The notes under the pieces were generated by a model. The model did not search any database. It worked only from the letters and a program-made list of their open reading frames with translations, and was not told the origin of the DNA. Positions 1 through 6,540 of a stretch of 12,656 nucleotides of DNA are shown in pieces. Position 1 is the stretch's first letter. Every line of letters begins with the position of its first letter. Made by a program: the position numbers and the translations under genes. This stretch comes from Campylobacterota bacterium (GTDB lineage Bacteria > Campylobacterota > Campylobacteria > Campylobacterales > Sulfurimonadaceae). The DNA is taken from the NCBI GenBank assembly GCA_034717975.1, contig JAYEMF010000039.1:1-12656 (forward strand), in the 5' to 3' direction.

Positions 1-5
1 CTTAA

Positions 6-290
6 CTAAGCATTCAATGAAATTTTACCGGTCACAAAGCGGTGAATCAACGATGTCGTCAACGTCTGGTAAGGTATGCCCATCTCTTCCGCTTTACGCT
101 TGAGAAGCTGCCAGTCTAGCTGTGTCAGACGAAGATTGATGTTTTTCTCTTTTCGGGTCGCTTGTTTGGCATACTCGGTAAAGCGCTTGATCTCTGATTC
201 AACATTAGGAATACTTACAGGATCGTGCGTCTCAAAATATTCAATAATCTCCTGCTCTTCTTCTTTGCTCATATACTCTTTATTTTCCAT
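6..290 (-). CDS. BrnA/CopG-type ribbon-helix-helix antitoxin (type II TA)
   Basis: 94 aa; acidic N-terminus followed by 'KEKNINLRL...LKRKAEEMGIPYQTL...LIH', typical of the CopG/BrnA-like antitoxins that follow BrnT toxins. GGAGG Shine-Dalgarno directly upstream (296-300, minus strand). Overlaps the toxin 3' end by 11 bp. Confidence 0.85.
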   Translation of the reverse strand: MENKEYMSKEEEQEIIEYFETHDPVSIPNVESEIKRFTEYAKQATRKEKNINLRLTQLDWQLLKRKAEEMGIPYQTLTTSLIHRFVTGKISLNA

Positions 291-564
291 CTTTTCCTCC
301 TAAATAGCGTTTTGTCATTTTTCGACTTGGAATGACAGATTTTAAAAATATCTCTTCTTCAGTTTCAACAAATGGCACCAAATGTGCGTATCCTGCAATT
401 TCGACAATGAATATCTGTTGACCTGGATATTTCAACTGATTTGGATGATTCACAAGATCAAGCAGTTTTTCATCACTGATCGCAATCTCAACATCTTCAA
501 AACTCAACCCTCGTTCAAGTTTGAGTTTTTCATTTTTTTCATCATTCCAATTAAAATACTTCAT
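280..564 (-). CDS. BrnT-family ribonuclease toxin (type II TA)
   Basis: Start moved from 600 to the ATG at 564 (MKYFNWNDEKNEKLKLERGLSFED...HPN..KYPGQ...LVPFVE...IFLKSVIPSRK). The F.W...KN..L..ERG.SFE N-terminus is the BrnT signature. Toxin-first gene order with an RHH antitoxin. Confidence 0.85.
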   Translation of the reverse strand: MKYFNWNDEKNEKLKLERGLSFEDVEIAISDEKLLDLVNHPNQLKYPGQQIFIVEIAGYAHLVPFVETEEEIFLKSVIPSRKMTKRYLGGKDGK

Positions 565-570
565 ACAGCT

Positions 571-600
571 ATTGTATCCTTGTTGTATACCTAATGTCAA
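571..600 (-). promoter_or_regulatory. sigma70 promoter of the TA operon
   Basis: Minus strand reads TTGACA (600-595), 18 bp spacer, TACAAT (576-571), 6 nt, then ATG (564). Confidence 0.7.
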
Positions 601-631
601 TATTTATATTTCTGCAGGCATATCATGCTAT

Positions 632-647
632 TCTGAAATATTTCAGA
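632..647. promoter_or_regulatory. perfect 16-bp palindrome, candidate regulator binding site
   Basis: TCTGAAATATTTCAGA is its own reverse complement and lies in the divergent TA/topA intergenic region. Confidence 0.35.
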
Positions 648-727
648 TAACTCCCAAATTATTCTGCTAAACTTCCACTTTTTATCGCTAACATACTATA
701 TATATAGAAAAAGCTCTTTGCTCAAAA

Positions 728-850
728 CGTCATCCTCGGGCTTAACCCGGGGATCTTTTGTGAAAGGTAGGTCATTGATCTGACTTTACTCCCTAAAGTC
801 ATGCCCCTGGCATAACTTATTAACGGGAGATATCCTTCGCAGGAGTGACG
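728..850. repeat. CGTC-tagged REP-like palindromic doublet, right arm apparently interrupted
   Basis: Left unit CGTC-ATCCTCGGG-CTTAA-CCCGGGGAT-CT (728-756). Terminal CGTCATCCT is inverted-complementary to AGGAGTGACG (841-850) with one bulged base. Confidence 0.55.
783..834. repeat. 52-bp palindromic interspersed element, copy 1
   Basis: ACTTTACTCCCTAAAGTCATGCCCCTGGCATAACTTATTAACGGGAGATATC; 44/52 identical, ungapped, to 12477-12528. Confidence 0.85.
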
Positions 851-881
851 GGAGAGTCAAGTAATTACAGGGATTGATGCA

Positions 882-3107
882 TTGAAACTGATTATTGTTG
901 AGTCACCGGCTAAAGCACGTACGATCAAAAACTTTTTAGGTAAAGGGTATGAGGTCATTGCCTCTAAAGGGCACATCCGTGATCTTCCCAAGTCACGTTT
1001 TGGGATCAAGGTTGAGGGTGAGACGCTGACGCCGGAGTATAGTGTCGCGAAAGAGAACGCTGCCACGGTCAAAGAGATCAAGACACTGGCGAAGAAAGCA
1101 GATACCATCTATATCGCGACCGATGAGGACCGCGAAGGGGAAGCGATCGGCTGGCATATTGCCCATGCGATCAAAAAAGACCCGGTAACACTGCCGCGTA
1201 TTGTCTTTCACGAGATCACCAAAACAGCCATCAACCATGCACTGGAAACTGCGCGCGAGATCGATATGGACCGTGTCAATGCCCAGCAGACCCGACGACT
1301 GCTTGACCGTGTGGTGGGTTACAAACTCTCTCCGCTGCTTGCCTCGAAGATCCGTAAAGGGCTCTCCGGCGGACGTGTTCAGTCATCGACTCTGAAGATC
1401 GTTGTGGACCGCGAACGTGAGATCAAAGCTTTCAAGCCGGAAGAGTACTGGACGATCGATACTGTTTTCACTCCTGGTATCGAAGCCAATCTGGCTACCT
1501 TTGAAGGCAATAAACTCGATAAACTCTCCATCAAGAACAAAGCCCAGGCCGATGTGATCACCGAAGCGATCAAACTGGAAGCCTTCAAAGTCGCGTCCAT
1601 CGAGACCAAACAGCGCAAGACAAAAACACCACCGCCGTTTATGACTTCAACGCTTCAGCAAACGGCTTCTAGCAAGCTCGGTTTCTCTCCGAAGAAGACA
1701 ATGATGCTGGCACAGAGCCTTTACGAAGGAGTCAAAACTCCTAGCGGGACATCGGGTGTCATCACTTATATGCGTACCGACTCACTCAATATGGCTGCCG
1801 AAGCCATCGGTGCTGCGCGAGATATGATCCAGAACCAGTATGGCGACAAATATCTGCCGAAAAGTCCGAAAGCCTACGGAAAAAAAGCGAAAGGGGCCCA
1901 GGAGGCGCACGAAGCGATCCGTCCGACAATGCTTGATTACACTCCGCAGGTCGCTGCTGCCTACCTCAAACCCGACGAGCTGAAACTCTATCGTCTGATC
2001 TATAACCGTTTTCTCGCCTGCCAGATGGAAGATGCGATCTTTGAACAGCAGAGCATCACCTTTGCCGGCAAAATGGCCGAGTACAAAGCCAATGGCCGCA
2101 AACTCCTCTTTGACGGTTTCTATAAAGTGATGGGAACAGACGATAAAGACAAACTCCTTCCGCCGCTTAAAGAGGGTGAAGCGATCGCTATCGAAAGCAT
2201 CAAGCCGACCCAACACTTTACCGAGCCTCCGTCACGCTACTCGGAAGCGAGCCTGATCAAAAAACTCGAAGCCGAAGGGATTGGCCGTCCATCAACCTAT
2301 GCACCGACCATCTCGACGCTTCAGGCACGTACCTACATCAACATTGAAAAGCGCCAGATCATCCCGACTGAAATCGCTTTTACCGTCATAGAGATGCTTG
2401 AAAAGCACTTTGAAGAGATCGTTGATGCGAGCTTCACCGCAAATATGGAAGAGGTGCTCGATGAGATCGCCGACGAGGGAAAAGATTGGCAGAAAGTCCT
2501 TCACGATTTCTACTTCCCGTTTATGGAGAAGATCGAAAAGGGCAAAAAAGATATCGTCAGCCTCAAACTGGCAAAACCGCTTGGCCGGAACTGTCCCGAG
2601 TGCGGTTCCGAACTGCTTCTGCGTTCCGGACGATACGGCAATTTCATCGCCTGCAGCGGTTTCCCGAAGTGTAAATACACCGAACAGGTCGAAGAAGAGG
2701 GTGAAGAGGGAGAGAAAAAAGAGCGACCGAAACCCGAAACGACGGATGAAGTGTGTGAGAAGTGCGGCAGCCCGATGGTCGTCAAAAACGGTCGAAACGG
2801 AAAGTTTTTAGCCTGTAGCGGCTACCCGAAATGTAAAAACACGAAATCCCTAGAAGAGCAGAAAGAGTCGAAGGTCCCTTGTCCGGATTGCGGCGGTAAA
2901 CTGTTGTGGCGCACATCGCGCCGTGGAGCCTTCTGGGGTTGTGAGAACTACCCAACATGTAAGTTTATCTCCAAGTTTGAACCGTCTGACAAGAGGTGTG
3001 AAGAGGAAGGGTGTGACGGTGTGCTTGCTCAACGCACTTACCGCGGCAAAGAGGTGTATGAGTGCATCAAGTGTAAAAATCGTACACCGGTGGAGGAAAA
3101 TGCTTAA
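882..3107 (+). CDS. topA: DNA topoisomerase I (type IA)
   Basis: TOPRIM 'LIIVESPAKA', 'ATDEDREGEAI', 'SGGRVQS', catalytic 'ITYMRTDS', 'AQEAHEAIRPT', 'GIGRPSTYA' and C-terminal C4 zinc ribbons. TTG start. Confidence 0.98.
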   Translation: MKLIIVESPAKARTIKNFLGKGYEVIASKGHIRDLPKSRFGIKVEGETLTPEYSVAKENAATVKEIKTLAKKADTIYIATDEDREGEAIGWHIAHAIKKDPVTLPRIVFHEITKTAINHALETAREIDMDRVNAQQTRRLLDRVVGYKLSPLLASKIRKGLSGGRVQSSTLKIVVDREREIKAFKPEEYWTIDTVFTPGIEANLATFEGNKLDKLSIKNKAQADVITEAIKLEAFKVASIETKQRKTKTPPPFMTSTLQQTASSKLGFSPKKTMMLAQSLYEGVKTPSGTSGVITYMRTDSLNMAAEAIGAARDMIQNQYGDKYLPKSPKAYGKKAKGAQEAHEAIRPTMLDYTPQVAAAYLKPDELKLYRLIYNRFLACQMEDAIFEQQSITFAGKMAEYKANGRKLLFDGFYKVMGTDDKDKLLPPLKEGEAIAIESIKPTQHFTEPPSRYSEASLIKKLEAEGIGRPSTYAPTISTLQARTYINIEKRQIIPTEIAFTVIEMLEKHFEEIVDASFTANMEEVLDEIADEGKDWQKVLHDFYFPFMEKIEKGKKDIVSLKLAKPLGRNCPECGSELLLRSGRYGNFIACSGFPKCKYTEQVEEEGEEGEKKERPKPETTDEVCEKCGSPMVVKNGRNGKFLACSGYPKCKNTKSLEEQKESKVPCPDCGGKLLWRTSRRGAFWGCENYPTCKFISKFEPSDKRCEEEGCDGVLAQRTYRGKEVYECIKCKNRTPVEENA

Positions 3108-3185
3108 TGATTAATTTTGAATTTTTAATTGTAAACGCTCCATCATTAAACATTGAAAATTTAAAATTTAAAATTATTCAAAATT
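3104..3185. repeat. AT-rich inverted heptamer repeat tract
   Basis: 7-nt periodic units aatgatt/aattttg/aattttt/aattgta, followed by roughly complementary units cattaaa/cattgaa/aatttaa/aatttaa. Confidence 0.55.
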
Positions 3186-3206
3186 GCTCCTTGGAGCAAT
3201 TTTGAA
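3177..3206 (+). promoter_or_regulatory. perfect inverted repeat covering the RBS and start codon of the phosphoesterase
   Basis: TTCAAAATTGCTCC-TT-GGAGCAATTTTGAA with 14-bp perfect arms; the right arm contains GGAG (3193-3196) and the TTG start (3202-3204). Confidence 0.6.
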
Positions 3207-3717
3207 AATCGGCATCCTCTCCGACACCCACACCAAAAGTGACCGTTCACAAAAAGTGATCGACCATCTGCTTGAGGAAGGTGCCGAGTTTTTTATCCAT
3301 GCCGGTGACATCGGAGAACCGGAACACCTTGAGCAGATTAAAGCAACCGGTAAAAAGTATGTTGCTGTTTATGGCAACAATGATGCTCACCTCCACACCT
3401 ATCATAACAAGTATAATCTTGTTCAAGAACCCGACTACTTCAAACTGGCCAACAGCAGGTTCAAACTGATGCACCTCCCCTTTTACATGAATGCCGATAC
3501 GGAAGTGGTCATCTTCGGTCATACCCACACCTTTGAGTGTGATTTTAAGAATGGGACACTTTTTTTAAATCCTGGTGAAACGTGTGCCCGTAAAAAACCC
3601 GTTTCAGAGTGTGCCATGCTCGAGGTGACAGATAAGTGGTTTTATGTCACCCATTATGCCCGCCCTGTCAAAAGTGACACCTTTGAAGCACATCACTATA
3701 ACTTTGAGAGGTCATAA
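3202..3717 (+). CDS. YfcE/MJ0936-family metallophosphoesterase
   Basis: Calcineurin-like motifs SDTH, HAGD, GNND, HLP, FGHTH, NPGE. Start moved to TTG 3202 (MKIGILSDTH) with GGAG 5 nt upstream. Confidence 0.92.
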   Translation: MKIGILSDTHTKSDRSQKVIDHLLEEGAEFFIHAGDIGEPEHLEQIKATGKKYVAVYGNNDAHLHTYHNKYNLVQEPDYFKLANSRFKLMHLPFYMNADTEVVIFGHTHTFECDFKNGTLFLNPGETCARKKPVSECAMLEVTDKWFYVTHYARPVKSDTFEAHHYNFERS

Positions 3718-3827
3718 CGATGTTCCAAAACTTATCTGCCCCTCATGGGGCTAGCTTTAGTGCCATAGCGGCCAGCGCAGACAAATGGGCTTTGCTCATT
3801 TGGCGTTCAAAAAGAATGAGATCATAA
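3718..3827. mobile_element. putative small structured insertion (MITE/REP-like)
   Basis: Hairpins GCCCC-TCAT-GGGGC (3738-3751) and CAAATGGGC-TTT-GCTCATTTG (3782-3802); flanked by near-direct repeats GAGGTCATAA (3708-3717) and GAGATCATAA (3818-3827). Confidence 0.5.
3720..3827 (+). CDS. possible 35-aa small ORF (MFQNLSAPHGASFSAIAASADKWALLIWRSKRMRS)
   Basis: ATG begins after a 2-nt gap behind the yfcE stop, with GAGAGG upstream (3706-3711); its TAA overlaps the bioB ATG (TAATG). No recognisable homology. Confidence 0.35.
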   Translation: MFQNLSAPHGASFSAIAASADKWALLIWRSKRMRS

Positions 3828-4678
3828 TGGCTGAAGAAATTTTCCTCTGTTCCATCTGCAATATCAACAGCGGGACCTGTAACGAAGACTGTAAATTCTG
3901 TTCACAGAGTGTCAAATACAGGGCTGATATCGATCGCTACATCCAAAAACCGATTACCGATATCATTAAAGAAGCCAAGGCCGTTGAAGCTGCCGGGGCC
4001 CTTGGGTTTTGTCTGGTAACAGCGCAAAAAGGGCTCGATAATAAAACGCTCGACTTTGTCTGCGAAGTGGCTCAGGCTCTTACCAAAGAAGTACCTAAGC
4101 TGCGTCTGATCGCCTGTAATGGTACGGCTACACTTGAGCAGTTGCTTACGCTCAAAGAAGCCGGTATCAAAGCCTACAACCACAACCTCGAAACATCACG
4201 CGAATTTTACCCTCAGGTCTGTAGCAGCCATAGCTGGGATGAGCGGTACGAGACCTGCGAAAACGTTAACAGATCCGGCCTGAAACTTATCACGGGCGGT
4301 ATTTTTGGTCTGGGTGAAAGCCGGGAAGATCGTATCTCCATGCTTCAATCACTCAGAACTCTCAACCCGGTATCGGTACCGATCAACTTCTACCATCACA
4401 ATCCGGTGCTGCCGTTAAATCCAAATCCGCTAACAGTAGACGAGGCCCTTGAACTGATCACTCTGACACGCAAAACACTTCCCAATGCGGAGCGGATCAT
4501 GGTCGCCGGCGGACGCGAGTTGATGTTTGGTAATCGCCAAAGTGAAATTTTTGCCGCCGGGGCCAACTCCATCGTAATTGGCAACTACCTGACCACCCAG
4601 GGACGAGATAAAAACAGCGATCTTCAGATGCTGGAAAAACTCGGACTTGAGATCGCCACCTCGGTGAAATCACAATAA
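3827..4678 (+). CDS. bioB: biotin synthase (radical SAM)
   Basis: CNEDCKFCSQS radical SAM motif, YNHNLETS, GGIFGLGES, SVPINF, AGGRE, GANSI..GNYLTT. Start at 3827 (MAEEIFLCS) matches the short Campylobacterota N-terminus. Confidence 0.96.
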   Translation: MAEEIFLCSICNINSGTCNEDCKFCSQSVKYRADIDRYIQKPITDIIKEAKAVEAAGALGFCLVTAQKGLDNKTLDFVCEVAQALTKEVPKLRLIACNGTATLEQLLTLKEAGIKAYNHNLETSREFYPQVCSSHSWDERYETCENVNRSGLKLITGGIFGLGESREDRISMLQSLRTLNPVSVPINFYHHNPVLPLNPNPLTVDEALELITLTRKTLPNAERIMVAGGRELMFGNRQSEIFAAGANSIVIGNYLTTQGRDKNSDLQMLEKLGLEIATSVKSQ

Positions 4679-4694
4679 ACGGTATACTTTCCCT

Positions 4695-5867
4695 ATGAAT
4701 GAAGTCGTCCTGATCATCACGCTCTCACTGGTTGTCATCTTTTCGCCCTATTTCGCGAAAGTTTTTAAAGTCCCAACCACGCCCGTCGAGATCATTTTTG
4801 GGGCCGTCCTGGGTGCTTTGGGCTTTCTTTATCATGACATCTATTTCGAGCTTGTCGCCGAAGTGGGTTTTTTATATCTTATGTTTATCGCCGGAACGGA
4901 GGTCAACCTCAAAAAGGTGTTAAAGACCGGTCCCGGCCTGATGAAACGAATTTTGCTTTACATTATTCTGCTCTACGGCTTTTCCATCGGATTTTCACTC
5001 TATTTCAACCTTGGAAAGATCTTTATGGTCCTGCTGCCGCTGCTCTCTGTCGGTCTCATTGCCACCCTTTCGAAAGAGTATGGAAAGACGGACTGGCTGA
5101 CACTCTCTATGACCGTCGGCGGTATCGGTGAAGTCGTCAGTATCGGGGTATTGACCCTTGCCTCGGCCGGTTTGAAGTTTGGGTTTGGACTGGAGCTGGT
5201 AATGACCATCGGTGCCCTTGTCCTGTTCATTCTCATCATCTTGCTTCTGTTTAAAATGCTCCAGCTGCTCTTTTGGTGGTTTCCGGAGGTTTCTACCGTA
5301 CTGATGCCGCATGAAGACAATAAAGAGCAGGATGTCCGTCTCTCCATGGGGATCTTGTTTATCCTTATCGGCGTGATGCTCTATCTGGATCTTGAACTCG
5401 CCTTTGGCGCATTTATTGCCGGGATATTTATCCCTACCTTTTTCGAACATAAACATGAGCTGCCCGAGAAACTTGCGAGCTACGGCTTTGGTTTTCTGGT
5501 TCCTATCTTTTTTGTCTATATCGGTTCCACCTTTCACCTGGAGGCCCTGGCCATTGAGGGTCTGATCACGAAAGCCCTTCTGATCACTTTCGTCATGGTA
5601 ATTATGCGTGTAATCAGTGCCGGTGTCTTTGTCAAAGAGCTCGGCCACCGAAATGCCATTTTGATGGGGCTTTCACATGGTATGCCGCTTACCCTTCTCA
5701 TCGCGATGGCAACCCTCGCCTATCATGCCAGCAGTATTGATAAACTCCACTACTATGCGTTTATCCTCGCCTCACTTTTTCAGGTGATCATCGTCACGAT
5801 TGCCATCCGATTGATAAAAGGGGAAGAGGGAAGAGGAAAGAGGAAAGAGGAGAAGGCTATACATTAA
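4695..5867 (+). CDS. cation:proton antiporter (CPA2 / Na_H_Exchanger family)
   Basis: 390 aa with many hydrophobic helices; motifs 'EIIFG', 'AEVGFLYLMFIAGTEV', 'AFGAFIAG', 'GFLVPIFFVYIG'. topA-bioB-transporter order is as I recall it from Campylobacter. Confidence 0.9.
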   Translation: MNEVVLIITLSLVVIFSPYFAKVFKVPTTPVEIIFGAVLGALGFLYHDIYFELVAEVGFLYLMFIAGTEVNLKKVLKTGPGLMKRILLYIILLYGFSIGFSLYFNLGKIFMVLLPLLSVGLIATLSKEYGKTDWLTLSMTVGGIGEVVSIGVLTLASAGLKFGFGLELVMTIGALVLFILIILLLFKMLQLLFWWFPEVSTVLMPHEDNKEQDVRLSMGILFILIGVMLYLDLELAFGAFIAGIFIPTFFEHKHELPEKLASYGFGFLVPIFFVYIGSTFHLEALAIEGLITKALLITFVMVIMRVISAGVFVKELGHRNAILMGLSHGMPLTLLIAMATLAYHASSIDKLHYYAFILASLFQVIIVTIAIRLIKGEEGRGKRKEEKAIH

Positions 5868-5925
5868 AGGGCACCTCCAAACTCTGTTTTTCCCTCTTCT
5901 CTCTTTCCCCTTCCCCTTTCCTTTT
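5816..5925. repeat. polypurine/polypyrimidine inverted heptamer repeat, possible terminator
   Basis: 41-nt all-purine arm (5816-5856, AGGRAAG-like units) inside the antiporter 3' end, and an all-pyrimidine arm (5887-5925) ending in TTTT. Confidence 0.65.
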
Positions 5926-5932
5926 ACAAAAG

Positions 5933-5941
5933 TGGTATAAT
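5933..5941 (+). promoter_or_regulatory. extended -10 promoter for the AmmeMemoRadiSam genes
   Basis: TGgTATAAT, followed by a GAGGA RBS (5956-5960) and ATG at 5968. Confidence 0.65.
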
Positions 5942-5967
5942 AGACCAACTCAAGCGAGGATTAGGTG

Positions 5968-6531
5968 ATGGCGCAATCTGAACTTCTCACACTTGCCCGT
6001 GAATCGATTCAGGAAGTCCTTCAGGCAGAACACACTATTGATCGTGAAGCCCTGCTTGAGAAGTACCCTGTTCTTGGTGAAGAGATAGCCACCTTTGTCA
6101 CGCTTACCATCAATGATGAACTGCGCGGCTGTATTGGTTCACTTGTAGCGCAGCGTCCGCTCATCGACGACATCATCCACAATGCCAAAGCCGCTGCTTT
6201 TCAGGACCCCCGCTTCTCACCGATCACTACTTCAGAGTATCTTCATACCACTGTCGAGATCTCTATTTTAACACCGCCAGAGTCTATTCAATATAGTGAT
6301 ATCGATGATCTCCGCTCAAAAATCCGGCCAAATATTGATGGCGTCATCCTCTCCCTCAATGGCCATCAAGCCACTTTCCTACCGCAGGTTTGGGAACAGT
6401 TGCCATCATTTGATGACTTCTTTGCTCATCTGGGCGATAAAGCCGGCTTAGGCTCCAATATGCTGCAGCAGCATCCCGATATCTTCGTCTATCAGGTCGA
6501 AAAAGCCAAAGACAAACCAATCATAAAATAG
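5968..6531 (+). CDS. amrA: AmmeMemoRadiSam system protein A (AMMECR1 domain)
   Basis: 'ATFVTL...LRGCIG', 'AAFQDPRF.P', 'EISILT', 'DG', 'ATFLPQVWEQL', 'KAG' are AMMECR1-family motifs. Confidence 0.92.
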   Translation: MAQSELLTLARESIQEVLQAEHTIDREALLEKYPVLGEEIATFVTLTINDELRGCIGSLVAQRPLIDDIIHNAKAAAFQDPRFSPITTSEYLHTTVEISILTPPESIQYSDIDDLRSKIRPNIDGVILSLNGHQATFLPQVWEQLPSFDDFFAHLGDKAGLGSNMLQQHPDIFVYQVEKAKDKPIIK

Positions 6532-6540
6532 GGGAACAGT

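Noticed and set aside
565..600. N-terminal extension of the toxin ORF to TTG 600
   Set aside because: The stretch is the promoter (the TTG is part of TTGACA) and family similarity starts at MKYFNW.
2691..2723. Purine-rich tract in topA (EEEGEEGEKKE) as another heptamer insertion
   Set aside because: No clear 7-nt periodicity; an acidic linker between zinc ribbons explains it.
3711..3811. Integron attC-like site (TAAC at the stop codon ... GTT)
   Set aside because: Ends do not fit RYYYAAC/GTTRRRY, there is no long end-to-end stem, the flanking genes are core genes and no integrase is present.
3785..3826. Longer bioB start at 3785
   Set aside because: It lies inside a hairpin of the insert; homology begins at ATG 3827.
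4995..5648. 217-aa antisense ORF and the other overlapping ORFs of the six-frame track
   Set aside because: Shadow frames of well-supported genes with no recognisable motifs.
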